The translations under genes and the position numbers were made by a program. From contig NC_045697.1 of assembly GCF_009834535.1 (NCBI RefSeq), positions 10,418,001-10,478,000 on the forward strand: a DNA stretch of 60,000 nt. Direction: 5' to 3'. Below are positions 36,892 to 50,739 of the stretch, in pieces. Below the pieces are notes generated by a model, which saw only the letters and a program-made list of their open reading frames with translations, was not told the DNA's origin and made no database searches. The first letter of the stretch is position 1. The number at the start of each line of letters is the position of its first letter. The stretch comes from Camelus ferus. Taxonomy: Eukaryota.

Positions 36892-37700
36892 ATGGCCAAC
36901 CACAGATTCACCCCGGTGTCCGAAGGGGAGTCCTGCTGCGGCATCTCCAGGAGAGCCCAGATCTGTCTCTGCGTCTTTCTCTGTCTCCTGGTGGGGGTGA
37001 TCATTGCGGTGGTGGCGGGAGTTCGGCTGTGGCACCAGCCGCTCAAGCACAGGGAGTGGAACGGAACCGGCAGCACTGCTCATTTTCAGGATATCTTCCT
37101 GGGGCGATGCTACATCTACACTCAATTGGTGCAGCCGGAGTTCAGGTGAGTTGGCGTCTGTGACGCTCCGCTGGGCACCGCGCGCGGTGGTTACTGCGCA
37201 CGGCTGGGAAGGGCTGGGCAGGGCTGGGCAGGCCTGGGCACAGCTGGACACAGCGCGCCCAGCAGCCGTCTGGATGGCCGAAATAAAGCATCTACTGTTC
37301 CGAGTCAGCTGAGAGCCCGCGGGGCAGTGCTGAGTAAGGAGTCGGGGCTCGCGATTCCGCGCGCCCCTCGCTAGAGCTGCGGGCGGTGGCACCCTTCGTG
37401 CCCGCCGCGAGCGCGCTGCTCCTTGGCAGCGTCCGCTCAGTTGGTGGACACTTGGCGGAGAGGTCCTGAGCCCGGCCCCACTCGGGGCCGCAGTTCACCT
37501 CTGCGCCCACAGCCCCGCCGCAAGGACGAAAAATACCCGGGAGCCCGGGTTGTTGCTGGCGTTTCCCACTTTGCATGGGGTTTCTGTTCGCCGTCTCTGA
37601 CCCAGAAGTGCGAAAGTGCGCAAATGACACCTGGTTAAGAGGCTTGCGGAGCCAGAGCGGAGTCAGACGGGCCAGATCACTGAAAATAGTTTCACATTAA
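36860..37700. promoter_or_regulatory. CpG island over CD38 exon 1 and 5' intron 1
   Basis: GC-rich with dense CpG (e.g. gcaccgcgcgcgg, gattccgcgcgccc, cgccgcgagcgcgc) in an otherwise CpG-poor window. Confidence 0.85.
36892..37145 (+). CDS. CD38: CD38 (ADP-ribosyl cyclase/cyclic ADP-ribose hydrolase 1) coding exon 1
   Basis: Translation MANHRFTPVSEGESCCGISRRAQICLCVFLCLLVGVIIAVVAGVRLWHQPLKHREWNGTGSTAHFQDIFLGRCYIYTQLVQPEFR matches the CD38 N-terminus: short cytoplasmic tail with CC..SRRAQ, type II TM helix, W.G.G.T..F....L.RC..Y. It ends at splice donor AG|GTGAGT (37146). Downstream exons were not seen in the window. Confidence 0.95.
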
Positions 37701-40594
37701 GATAGAACACACAGTAAAGTGCACCCGCGGGATGAATCTGTACAGACCCTGGAAACGCCATCCATATCGGTGCCTGGAATCTTGCCCGACTAGCTACTAA
37801 CCTCTCCCCAAAGTGAACCGCTTCCTTGATTTCCATTCCCAGGGCTTGGTTTCACTCGAAGAACTCTTTTTTTTTTTTTTTTGGAACTGCACATGAAGTA
37901 GAGTAAGCTGGGAAGTAAAAAGTTGTTTTTCGGGCTGCCAAGGTGAGCAGGGCAGCCGCGATTTTAAGCTGAGTGCTTGAGATCTCAAATTTCTGCCTCC
38001 GAACGCCCGCACTTCCCGGGGAATGAGCCGAGAGACGCCCTCCCCTGCCCTCTTCCCCAGCCCCGCCTCCTGCGTGCGCCCAGAGGGTGGTTCTAACGCA
38101 GATACTGGACGTTTTACTTACAAATTGTTCAAGTCCAAAGATTACCGTGGTCTCTTAATTGTCTTGCTTACAAATACTTAGTTAATTGAGAGAGAAAGTA
38201 GGCTTTCCTACAGATTACATTTAAAGTATCGGTTAAGTCAAGTGATGTCCAATCTGAAATGGTAATAAAAGAGATCTTTAAATTTTCGCTTAATTTAACA
38301 GTCTTTAAATCGCTGTTGTGGTTCAGTCGTCTTAGGGAAGTTCACATCCACGTAGCAAGCAGTATGCGCCCTAGAAACCACGTGGCGTTTTAATGTTTGT
38401 CGGGATGGCTGCTTGGTGTTCAACGCACAGTATGGGAAACACACAGTATTAAAAACATGTGTGTGTATGTGTATTCAAAATATGTGTATGTACATATATT
38501 CAAAAGTGTTAATGGGGATACTGTCTAGTACTATTTTTAACATTTTTTCAGATATCTCACAATACATATACACACACACTTTATTTAAGCAGGTTAATAA
38601 TTAATATGGTACTTACTGTGTCCCAGGCACCTTAGAAACATCAAATCTTTTAGTCCTTTAACAACTATCCGAGGCAGTTAGTATTTCTATCTCCATGTTA
38701 CATATGAGCAAACCGAAGAAGAGAGTTTGAATAAATTGTCCAAAATTTTGCTCCAGAGGCTGAAATCTATGCTACACTCTGCTTCCTGTAGGTAGAGGGA
38801 CCATAATTTATTGACCATGTCTGGAACTTTTTGAAACGAAAGGGAATGCTATTCATAATTATGCTGGGCTTAATCAGAATGCACGGTCACTTTATCCCTG
38901 AGTGGTTTAAGAGTGCAACCTCTGGAGTCACATGACTGGGGTTTAGACCTTGGCTCTGTCGCAGTGTAACTTTGAGCAGATTACTTACTTTCTTTGTGCT
39001 GCAGTGTTCTCAGCTCTGAAATGGGTGGTAGTACCTACCACATGGGGGAATGGTGAGGTTTAAGAGGAATCAATACTGATATACTGTAAATGCTCGAAAT
39101 GCTATTTTTTGGGGAAGTGCAATACCACAGACATCTTTCAACAATAATAAACAGAGACTAAAGTCAACATCAAAATTGATGCTCAGTGTTAGATTTATTT
39201 AAATCCCAATCCAGTAAATCAATTCCCCAATGAAATATATGTTTTTTTTTAAACTGTAATTCTTTATTTTTTTTTTAACTAAACACCTGGTCTTGGAGAT
39301 CTTTTGATGTCAGTACATAGTATTCCACAGGGTGGATATAATCATTTCCTACTGACAGAAAATTAGTTTCCAATTTTTAGTTATCATTCATTTGTTCAAT
39401 AAGTATTTGTTGAGCATCTTCTAGGTTCCAGCCGTGACATAGCTCTGACAATCCAGGAGTAAATGACAAAGTTCCCATCCTCTTGAAGCTTCCATGCTGG
39501 TTGAGAGAAATGTTCTGCAATGACCGTCCTTGTATATATATTTTCATGTACATATGGGAGTGTTTCCGTAGGACAGATTTCTAGGGGTGGAATTATTAGG
39601 TCAAAGGGAGTATTAGGCATATTTTAGATTTTGGTAAGTATTTCTAAGTGCCCTCCAAAATAACTACCATTTTAGATTCCTATCACTGTCTCCCCGAGGA
39701 TATGCTTCCTCACAATCTCTTTGTTGCTGAATAGTATGAACTTGTCTTAGTTATGAGAAAAATGACAGCTAACTGTTCCCTGATTAGCAGTGATTCTTAA
39801 CATATTATCTATGTTTACTGGTCATTTGTATTTTTTTCCTGTGAATTTCCAGTTTCAAATCCTTGCTAATTTCTGCTGAGTTGCTTATTTATTTCTTTTC
39901 ATGGGAATTCTTTATATATTGTAGACTACATATATATATAGTGTTTTCATATACATATATATATGTATATATATAGTATATACACTATATATATATAGTG
40001 TTTTCTTTCTCTCTGTCTGTTATTCTTGTAGCCCTTCTAATTTCTGTTGTCCCCCAAGAGACTTTAACTTCAAGGTCTTGACTCTTTGATTAATAAATTC
40101 CTCCTTCTACGTTGTTGGAAGCCTGGCATGTTGACTATTTCCCTTGTAATCATACCCTCTTGACATCAGCCCTCTTTTCCCTGATGAATTCTGACTGAGG
40201 TCATTTCTTGTGACCTTCCTTTCACATCCATCCCTTGCTAGACTGTTCTCTCCTGTCTTGGTCGTTTATATTGGGTCACAATGGTCATTTATGCCAACTA
40301 TTCAACCTGGTATTTCTACTTTGATCCAGTTTTTCTTACCTTTGCATGACTTTATTAAAACTATGTATTAGTGTATAAAAATGTGACATATAATACCAAG
40401 CAAAACCAGCATAAAAATTACACATGTAACAATTGTATCTACGTAAGATTTAATATAAAGGAAAAAAGTAGAATACGGCCCTGTTGGGTTAATGGGATTA
40501 TTAACCACTGATTATTATTATTCCACTCGCCTCAGTAGGTTTATTATAGGTTTCCCTCCTTATTATTCTTCAGTTTCAAATTATATATAATTGG

Positions 40595-42290
40595 TATTTT
40601 GTTTACCTATCACTACATAATAAACCACGCCAAAACTTTGTGGCTTGAAACACAAGCCATTTTATTGTTTTCCATGACTGTGGATTGACTGAGCTTGGTG
40701 GGTGGTCCTTCTGTTCCTTGTGTTGTTGGCTAGGGCTGCGGTCATTTGGGGTCTCCCCTAGGCTGGAATACCCAAAATAGATCAGACATCACATGAAAGG
40801 CACCGTGGAGGGGTCAGCTGAAAGGCTGGACCCCCCAGGTCACTGGAAGTGCTGAGTTTCTCCTTCGTGACGTCTCCACGCCTTGCAGTCACACCTCTGA
40901 AGCTCTGACCCTGTGAACGTGTTTTGCTGGCAGCACCTGGGATGTGATCATTGCCTTGAGGCCACTTCTTACTCTGATATTCTTTTACTAAGAAAGACTG
41001 GAAATGAAAAGCAGTTTTATTTTCAAACCTCGCAAATCTTGACTTGGAAAGGTTTGCTCTTGATTCTGCTTAGAAGTGAACAGTTCTTTTTTGGTTCATT
41101 TCTCTCTTTCTCTGCAGACCTTATCATATGCAGGTAAAAGAAATGACTTGGCACTTCCAACATTCTACGTGGAAATCCCCTTGGCCACAATCTTAAGTCC
41201 ACCAGGTCTGTTTCTATCGGTTCCATGATGGCAGGTGGCAGTGTTACCCAGCTTTCCATCACTATTATAACATGGGTCTCCTTTCCCTAACCTCCAGTAA
41301 CAATTCCCTCCATGTCCATCCAGCCTCTGCAGTCTCATTAAGACCTTTCTAATTTTAGCTGCCACCCAGTCCCCAATGTCAAGGCCACATTGCAAAGGTC
41401 AGGGTGAGAGAGGGGAGTAGGGGAAAGATACGTGTTTAAGGAATTGGCTCACATGATTGTTGAGGCTGACACGGCAAAATCTGCAAGGTAGGCACGCAGG
41501 CTAGAGGCCCAGGGAAGAGGTGGTGCTGCGGCTCCAGTCTGAAGGCCACCTGCTGGCAGAATTCCCTTTTCCTTGGGGGAGGTCAGGCTTTTTCTTAAGG
41601 CCTTCAGCTGACTGACTGAGGCCCACCACATTGTAGAGGGTCATCTGCTTTACTCAGAGTCCATCCATTTAAAGGCAACATCCAGCTGCATTTGACTTAA
41701 TATCTGGGTACCCTGGCCTAGCCAAGTTGACATAGAAAATGAACCGCTGTACATTCATTTTAGGTTTTTGTTACGCAGCACCTCGCTTCCAGGTACCACT
41801 TGCTGTTTTGGTTATCTATTGCTGCAAAATAAACTACCCTAAAATGCAGTGATTTAAAACAACAATCATTTATTATCTTTCATGATTCTGTGGGTTGTCT
41901 GGGATCTAGGTGGTCTGCTTCACGGGATGTCAGCTTGGGCTGTAGTCACCTGGGGACCGACTTGACTGGAGCATCCAAAATGTCACATTCACCTGATGGC
42001 GCCATGGCACCTGAGCTCCAGTGGGGTGGAAGCCTCTTTCTCTCTGTATCATCTCAGGGCCTCTCTTCTCCTTGGGGCTCCTCCATATGACCTCTCTGTG
42101 GTGCAGCTGGATTTTATTCAGCATTCCTCAAGTCTTAAAAGTGGAGCCTGGAAGGCCTCCTTAAAGCTTTAGACCCATAACTGGCATAGCATCACTTCCA
42201 CATTGGTTAAAACAGTCACCAATTCAGCCCAGATTCAAGAAGTAGTGGAACAACACCGTCCCTCTATGGGAGGAGTGAAAAATTTTATGG
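40595..42290. mobile_element. Nested MaLR/ERVL LTR cluster (MLT1 LTRs, MLT-int fragment, MLT2)
   Basis: Two MLT1-like starts (40595, 41800), MaLR internal remnant 41040-41340 and MLT2-like 41400-41750. Confidence 0.58.
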
Positions 42291-43662
42291 ACAACTTGAC
42301 TTTTCATATATATTTATGTCAGCTTTAAAGTTGTCATTTTTTCTCTTCTTTTTTATTCTTCTGTAACATCTACTCTGCTTTCCATTTTATTGTCTTTTAT
42401 TAACTAGATTTAAAAATGGCAGAGCTCTGACACAGGCCTCTTGGAATTTAAGCTCATTGAATCTGGGAACTTCGGTTGCATGATGCATCTCAAGGACCTA
42501 AAAGAATAAGCAAAAATATAGTTGAATTTGAAATAAACTGTATTGAATTTGAAATAAACTGTACACAAGCCAGCATATTACAAATAATAGAAGTGAACAA
42601 AGCCATAATAAGTATCTTCCCCAGTGAAGTTTTCAAACCCATCACTCCCAAGTCCATCAACTTCTATATTGAGCTTATAAATTTTTTTTTTCTTTTGTAT
42701 AAGAGCTTCTCAGTATTTCTTTATCTTCTTCACGTGTTCTTTTTTCTTGGCTTTTCTTTGCCAAAATCTCTTATCTCTGCAGAATTCACTTTCTACTAGT
42801 CTTCAATAGAGCATCACATGGCCTCATATTCACCTGTGCATTCTTTATGATTGGCAGGCTTCCTTCAACCTCACCTTTCATTCTGAGCTTCTAAGACAGA
42901 GGCCAGGGGCCAGAGGGTCTCAGATTCACCTGAATGAATGCAGAAGGTGAAACAGGGAAGGTGAAACAGGGCTCCAAGACGTGGGGCTTGGGTCCTGCTA
43001 TGGTTACAAAGAAGGAAGTCAGCCCCTGGAGCTGAGTTATCTGTGGAAGGAAGGGTGGAGTGGAGTACATATGCAAATAAACTGGGTTTGGAGCCTCTGG
43101 GGCTGGGGTGCTCCCAGGACATCCGGGAGGATGTAGCTCTGGGAAGAGAACCTAGTTGGTCACCAGGGAGCGTATCAGCTGGCTGAGGGAGAGAGGGCAG
43201 AGACAGGAGGAGGGAGGGAGAGATGCTACTTCTGGGCTCTTTGGCTTCGTGCTTTGCTTCAAATGTCATCTTAGAAAAGTCGGTGGTGTTCGCAGCTGTG
43301 GTCCAGCCCACATCCCTCATTCTGGTGTTGTTATTAACAGCTAAAGGAAGTGACAGTGTTTCGCCCCGGAGAAAACTTTGGTTCCTTATCACAGTGAGCA
43401 CTTATGGTCTCTCTGCTTCTGCCTTTCCTCCTTGGAGGGAGAACCCTTGGAAAAGAGCTGCCAAAAGTCCATTTAGAAAATTTGAAGGGGGAAAGGCTGG
43501 GAACCAGTGTTTATGTGTTGTCTACAATGTACTAGGAAATGTATATAGTTGGTTCTTTTTAAATGTTACCAGAATCCTGTTAGGAAAGTCTTAGAATGTA
43601 CATTGTATAGATGGGGAAATGGAGCCTGGGAGAGTTAGATAATTGATATCCAACAGTTAGTT

Positions 43663-44172
43663 ACAGCTGGCAAGGTAATTTGTGGGGTCCCCATGCAAAA
43701 TAAAGATGACTTGTTTGTTGTTGCAAAAGCAAGAGAAAGCTTTCTTCTGTGATCTTTCTCTCTATCTGCCAGAGGGTTTTTACTTTCTATTTGAGGTTGA
43801 GTCCCCCTGAGCATGGGGATATTTACAGAGAGACAGCAGACCCCTCACAGGTGCCCGGGGCTGCACCCCACAATGTGGCACACAAAGGAGATACCCCTGG
43901 CCCCAGCTCTCCTGCTGTCAAGGTCATCATGGGTGAGAACCTGCCCCAGGGAGGCTGGGAAGCTGCTGGAAGGGGTACTGTTTGTAAGCCAAGGATTCAA
44001 AGCCCTGGGGCACCCTCTGGTGTCCCATTGGCCTTCTCTCCTAAAATGTAAAAACAAAGATAAAATTATTAAGAATACCCAGACAACAACTGCAAAGCAT
44101 TAAACTGTGTGAGTGTGGGACCTTTCTGGGCCCTGTGCCCTGTGTGACTGTGTTGGTCATAATTAGCCCATG
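43663..44172 (+). mobile_element. MER45-like hAT MITE
   Basis: Start TAATTTGTGGGGTCCCCATGCAAAATAAAG and end GGGCCCTGTG...GTGACTG resemble MER45. Confidence 0.55.
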
Positions 44173-44276
44173 GAGGGGGGAGGGTGTAGCTCAAGTGGTG
44201 GAGTGCTTGCTTAGCATTTTCAAGATCCTGGGTTCAATCCTCAGCACCTCCTCTAAAAATAAATAAATAAACCTAA
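44172..44276 (+). mobile_element. tRNA-Ala-derived SINE (Vic-1-like)
   Basis: GGGAGGGTGTAGCTCAAGTGGTGGAG...GGTTCAATCCTCAGCACCTCC followed by (AAAT)n. Confidence 0.8.
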
Positions 44277-45759
44277 GCGGGGATTGAAACTCATCTCTTT
44301 CTCTCCGTGGAATCATCAGACTCATCAGAATGACAAGAGGACTGAAACACGGAGTGATTTTCCCAAGGTCAGAGCCGGTAAGTGGTAGAACTGGCTTGTG
44401 AACTGACTGTGTATCCTGCAGCTATCCCATCATATGGTTTCCAAAAGAGTGTGTTCTGAGCAATCTCAGGGCCTGGAGCAACCTATTCCAGCAGTGTTAG
44501 CATTTCTGCAGTATCCAGGTGGAGGCAGCTTGTATTTTTTTGTCTCAAATGTGAGTCATGAGGCTGCAATGTGAGGTCATGGGTCTCCTTTTAGTGAGGC
44601 AACGTCCTAAAGCTTGTGCTGCAGGAAATATTATGAATCTCCACAGGTGAAGCAGTGGAGTATCACATACCCTTCTGGTTGCCAGATCCGTTCTTCGTGG
44701 TTTATTTCACCTCTTGAACCGTTACCTCTTACAGCTGGGTCAGGAAGGAGGTGGTGCACACTCTGCACCCTGAATCCCAGGGCCATGCAAGACATTGCTG
44801 ACTGGTCACAGCACAGTGGGTGAACCTGGGTCGAGCCTCAGCAAGCATCACAGATGTTACCAGCTGGGTGGAGTTGCCCCAAGAGATGACATCTCTTTGT
44901 GCTTCTGTGTCAGAATCATGTTGCTTGTCAGCTGAAGTAGGTAATTATAAAATGTAAAAATACTTCTTGGGGCTATTCCAGCATCTTTCCATTCACTTTC
45001 AGTCCTGGGTGCTGAAGTTCACGAGTGAGTAACAAATGAGAGGGGGTCCTGTAGTAGGGGCAGCAGGAGGAGGGGCTGGATGAAGAAGTTCAAGGGCCTG
45101 AGGCTGCCCAGCTTGGAGAAATCTGATGGGAGGGAGTGTAGGTGACCAGATGTCCTCCACTGGTTGCGCCCTTGTCTCATTGCAAGGGAATCAGGTGTGT
45201 GCTGTTAGGCTCTGCAAGACAGAATCAGAGCCTCCAATAGCAAAAAGCCAGAAATAACAGCCGACACTTGCACACCTCATCACAATTTGAATTCATCTGT
45301 CAAAGCAGAAATTTCAAAAAGTGAAGAGCATGACTTTTATAACATACAGAATCAACACACATCAAAGATTTATTTATTCGCTTATGAGAGAACCTGTAAA
45401 ATGATAAAAGTCTTTTCAGAGAACATTTGGAAGCACTGACTAGTTATAAAGTACTTTAAAAGGAATATTAGAATTAAATTGGTAGCTTAGATACAAAACC
45501 AGACGACAAGGTAATGAAAAGCCATACCTTTGGGGATATCTTTTCTATCAGACAGAAATTATTTGTGTCTCTAACAGACAAGATCTACAAGTTATCATAT
45601 AACTTCACAGGGCTTGATAGTCAATAGCAGAGACAAAGATATGTTCCACTGGATAATTGATTCATTCCTGGGTAAACTTGTCAAACAATGACCCAACGTG
45701 ACATTCAAATGGCATGTGCCCACCTTTTTGTTATATTTCTAAATTGTATACATTTTTGT

Positions 45760-48620
45760 AACACACTTATTCAATAAGTATTTATCGAGTTTCTATTATG
45801 TCCCACAAACGCTTTTAGATCCTGGGGATATAGCCGTGGACAAAGCAAACTACATTCTTTCTGAGATGCAACTGGTATTCTAGTGGGAGGTGGGGTGCAG
45901 ATAATAAAGAAAGTGGCACAATATGTAGTTTGACAGCAGCAGAAAGTGCTAGAAAGCGTGTTGGGATGGGGGGGCTGTTTAGAATTTTAAGTGTGATAAT
46001 GAAATAAAGAAGGTTTCACTGAAAGGTGACATTTTAGCAGAGACCTGAAGAAAGTGGGAGAACAAAAGCTAAAATGTCTGCGGAAGAGCATTCTAGGCAA
46101 AAGAAAGAACGTGCAAAGGCACTGAGGCAGCAAGGACACCAGTATGGCTGGAACTTTTTGTTAGCAAATTGTCAAAAATATGTAAAACTAGAGACACCAA
46201 TAATCAAGCTTCATTTGCCCATTACCCAATGTCAAGAATTAGCAACATTCTGCTATCCTTATTTCATCTATCTCCTCATGTTTTCCCCCTAAAGTACTTT
46301 AACGCAAATTCTAGACTTTATATCATTTTGTCTGTAAATACCTCAGTATGAATCTCTAATGAAAAAAAAAAAAACCTTTAAAAAGAACATAATGGTAATA
46401 TTCTCTTACCTAACAAAATTAAGAATAGTTCTTCAATATTATCCAATATCCACCCTGGGTTCAATTTTCCATGATTTTCTTTAAAATGTAGTTTTATAAT
46501 TGATTTGTTCCAATAAAGATCTACCCTTTACTTTCAACTATCTTAAGTACCCTTTAAGTATTTTAGAGGATATATTAAGTATCCTTTAATTCATAACCAT
46601 TTTTCTTCTCCCATTTTTAAAACCCTATTTATTTGTTGAAGAGACTGGGTAATTTCTCTCATAGAATTTCCCGCCTGCTGGATTTGGCACCTGGTTTTAT
46701 TTTACATGCTCTTCTGTTCCCTGTATTACCTGCAAACTGAGAGCTGGGTTACAGTCAGGTTAGATTTGGGGGTGGGCAGAAGTGCTGTGGCATTCCTTGG
46801 GTGTCACATTAGGAGACACACAATGTCACACTGTCCCACGTTTAGGGAGATTAACCGGATTGGCTATTAAGGGCTTAATTCATTCATTATGAAGTTCCAC
46901 AACAATTTTTCACTTAATTAATTTAGGAGAATTTGATGATTATTGCCAAGATTAATTATTTCCGTAGAGGCTGTGAATGAATATTTTCTAATTCTAGGAC
47001 TTCTTTTGCACCCACTACTCTGATTCTTCTAAACAAAAGGCTCTCTCTCAACCACCGTTTGGTTGCCCTGAAATGGAGTCCATAAAAGAAAGAATAAATG
47101 CTTAACTCTTTTCCTTTATTTATCAACTTACAGAATAATGAGTTGGTTAATGCCCCATCAACTTCTAGAGATGACTTACGAGTTTCTTTTTAAAATATCA
47201 TTATGAACCCACGGGTTTTATATGTTTGGTGTGTATCAGTTCTTCACGTCAGTCTTCTGTTTTTGTTTAAATTGCTCCCTCTGGCTGGTGGGAGGCCCTT
47301 TAAGCTGGCTCTGTGACATTTTGATATGACCCCACTAGTTTCTGAGAGCTTCATTTCTTTTTGTCACAATAAGATATCAGGCTCATCTTGTGAATGTCCT
47401 GCCCTAGAGCGAGGACTGGCCATTTCTGCAGGGCATCCTCCTTACTTTCAGTGAAAACGAAATTTAGAGACTACATTAGAGTGCTAATTGCCACTGGGTT
47501 GTCATAACTCTTCAGCTTTTTTAGTAGACGGTTCTTGAATAGAACCTTCCTTTTAGAGAAAGAGAAATCAGGAGTCCATATTGATAATTCCAATGTAAAG
47601 TAAAAGGCACAAGGTTTTTAATCTAATATTTTTAAATTTTATGTTTAGATCTCTTTTCTCTGACACTAAAAATCTTGGTTCCTAATAATATTAATGAAAT
47701 TAATGTATTTGCTTTCGTATGTAATTATGTATATTTATGTCTATTATTATTATTATTGCTAACAAGATGTCTACATGTCTTTCTGGTTCTTTTGGTTTTT
47801 GGATGTAGGATACATCCCACTAGTGATAAACAGTAATGTATAGAGAGTGTACCAGTATCTGACACCTTATTAAAGGGATCACACTGGCTGCTGGGTGGAG
47901 AGTGGATGGTAGTGGGGCTAAGAGAGGGGCGTGGAGACCATATAGAGATTCTTGTGGTAGTTGGGGTCAGAGGAGATTGTGACCTGGATAGTGATGGACA
48001 GTGGTGAGAAGAGGACATATTCTGGATGCATTTTGGAAGTAGATTCGGTATGATTTGCTATGGACTTTTCTATGGGGATATTAGAAAAAAGAAGAAACAA
48101 CAATAACTCCAAGATTTCTGGGCTGAGTTTCCAGAAAAATGAATTTCCATTGTTCAAACGGGAAAGGCTGGGGTGAAGCAAGTTGGGAAAGGAACCACCA
48201 GTTTGGCTTGTACGTGTCAGTTTTGCAATATCCATTGTTATTCAAGGGCAAGTGCTGAATAGGAAGCTGGGTTGCATGAGTCTAGAGGATCTGAGAGACA
48301 TCTGGGCTGAAGATATAAATGTGCAAATCAGTGGTGCACAGAAGTTTAAGAGCAGCTGTTTCATAAGGAGGAACTGTTATCATCTTACTCAAGTGATTCT
48401 GACTGGTTCAGTGAGATGAAAACCAAAAGCTGACCGATGGATTGATGACTTTGACAAGATCAGTTTTAGAGGAGTGGTTATGGAGAAAGCCTGTCTGGAA
48501 TGGATTTAAAAAAAAAACGGGAACAGAGGAATTGGAGACTGGACATGGACCACTCTTGCCAGGGGTCTGCTGGCAAGGAGAACAGAAATGGCATGGTGGT
48601 TGGATGGATAAGGAAGGGTC
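45760..48620. mobile_element. L2 remnant interrupted by old L1 (L1MC/ME-like, ~46160-47800)
   Basis: L2 tail ATTCAATAAGTATTTATCGAG at 45770; L2 resumes at ~47875; degenerate L1 3' UTR in between. Confidence 0.5.
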
Positions 48621-49049
48621 CAGGATGGAAGAAATTGGGAGTGCTTTGAGAGGCAGGTTCTTTAAAGCGGACTGAGAAGTCATCTAAGTAAAGAATGCTT
48701 CTGGATTTCTCCAGTCTCCTATGATCTTTGACAATCAGCCTGCCAATGTCAAGTTCAACCACATTTTTAAAGTGACTCACCTTGGTCATTTTTACCAAAA
48801 AATTCAACTTAGTTTTCATAGGAAAAAATATTTTTTTCCTTTTCCACTTATCCAATTTATTTATGAACAATTTAATTAAAGCATATAATTAAAGCAAAAA
48901 CAAGAAGCATAAACATATTTAAGAGTAGGTACATAAACACCTAAGTGAGTAAAAATGAAAGTTCTACTGGAGAGTAGCCTGTTGGTTGTGTAAAGGACAG
49001 ACAACTTGTACAGAGAAATGGATAGTGTAATTAAAACAGGGGTCAGTTA

Positions 49050-49052
<3 letters not shown>

Positions 49053-49090
<38 letters not shown>
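49053..49090. repeat. Poly(T) run
   Basis: About 38 consecutive T. Confidence 0.95.
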
Positions 49091-49092
<2 letters not shown>

Positions 49093-49348
49093 AATCAATG
49101 AATTTAGAAGTGGCCAGGCATTTTTCTTGCCATTAAAGGATAGTTTTCCTTGTCATTAAAGATCTATGTCTTGCCTTAGACCTAGATCATGTCAGAAAAC
49201 TACCAGGACAAAGTTTCGTTTTGTTTTGTTTTGTTCTGTTTTGTCAAAATGAACTGTGGTGGAAAGGACAGATGCAAGATGGTGAGAACAAAACAGGAAA
49301 CTGAATGATAGATGAAATCAAGAATTACTTTCGTGTTTGTGTGTGTAC

Positions 49349-49379
<31 letters not shown>

Positions 49380-50330
49380 CGTGTGTTTCAAAGGCTAAAG
49401 TCTTGAAAGGGAAGAAGTAATTATATTTAAGAGTTTTTCTAGTTGATCTGAGTGGGGATTAGGGGAGCCTGTTTTTCAAGAAAATGTCACCAGTAAAGAC
49501 CTGCTCTGGAAGGAAGGGGTGATGGGAACCTTGTTTTTAAAGACAAAAAAAGTGATCATGGAGGTCAGAAACTTGAAGAATAAACCAAGCATGAGAATGA
49601 CATTCTCACTTCCGTCCAATGACTCAGTTTTTTCTAATTATAAAAGTAAAACATACCCATTATAGAACACTCAGAAAAAAATTTTAATATAGAGAAGAAT
49701 ACAAAATCACTTAATCCTCAAGAGTGGAATTCTAAATAGTAGGGAATACGACAATTAAAAAAAAAAAGGAGGGTCCCAGAAGGACGATATAGACTTCCTT
49801 CAGTGGGTGGCCTCAGCTAAGCAGTTTTAGAGACACAATTCACATTTCTTCTACAATGTGACATTCAAAAAATTGCTAAGTTCAGTTCTCTGCTTCCTGC
49901 CTGAATGTATCAAACATGGTACAGCCACATAGCAGAAAGCTATCTACACCTTTAGTCTCTGGATACTTTGAAGCAATTAGTAAAGCTTCATTGGAAGTGG
50001 TGTTAACAATTCCCGCATCGCGTTCACTTGGCCATGATCTGTATTTGCCTTGATACAGTTCAAATGTTTATTTTCTCTTACAACTGTCAAGCAAACGTTA
50101 CAAAGTTATTTCTGTCTTTGGTTCCTCTTGGTTCAAATATTGTGAAATTCATAATAAAATTGCCTCCCTCATTACCTTGGCTTCTAGGAGTAAGACTTTA
50201 TTTGTGAATTAACTTATCTAGAGCAGTGTCAAAGTTGGCAGTAATTAAATCTCCCTGGGAATTATTTAAGACTCAAAAAAGACTGAAAACATACAGTTGA
50301 AGTGGAAAAGATTTAAAACTGTAGAGGACT

Positions 50331-50464
50331 GGGGAGGAGGGGATAGCTCGGTGGTAGAGTGTGCAGTTAGCAGGCATGAGGTCCTGGATTCAATCCCCAG
50401 TACCTCCATTCAAATAATTAAATAAATAAGCTTAATTACCTCCCCCCTAAAAAAAAAAAAAAGA
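50331..50464 (+). mobile_element. tRNA-Ala-derived SINE (Vic-1-like) with TSD
   Basis: tRNA-like head, poly(A) tail, flanking repeats aaaactgtagaggactg / aaaactcctaaggactg. Confidence 0.82.
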
Positions 50465-50739
50465 AAACTCCTAAGGACTGTGTGAGACATAGACCAAAGA
50501 CAATTGGTCACATTTTGGGGATCTGATTTCATATTTATTTAATATTTCTTAGTAAAATTTTGAAAAGGCGTTTTGGAAACCAAGGGTATGACTGTGTCAG
50601 TTCACATCTGAAAACCGTACTTCTGTTTTCATCATGTCTAGTTTCCTTCATCATCATGTCTAGTGCCCCACCCAAGGCACTTCCTTTTCCTTCTTCAATA
50701 TTCCTTATTCCTAGTCCGTATCTCCTCCCAATTATTTTC

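Noticed and set aside
36814..37392. 192-aa antisense ORF (and 151-aa + strand ORF 36708-37163) over CD38 exon 1
   Set aside because: Shadow ORFs expected in GC-rich CpG-island sequence; no recognisable domain.
39925..40005. AT-rich palindromes (cactatatatatatagtg)
   Set aside because: By-product of (TA)n low-complexity sequence within an old L1.
42522..42563. Perfect 21-bp tandem duplication (ttgaatttgaaataaactgta x2)
   Set aside because: Only two units with no spacer; ordinary slippage duplication, not an array.
44172..44252. tRNA-Ala-like sequences (also ~2818-2890, ~8735-8805, ~50331-50408)
   Set aside because: Diverged, carry AT-rich tails and in some cases TSDs: these are SINEs, not tRNA genes.
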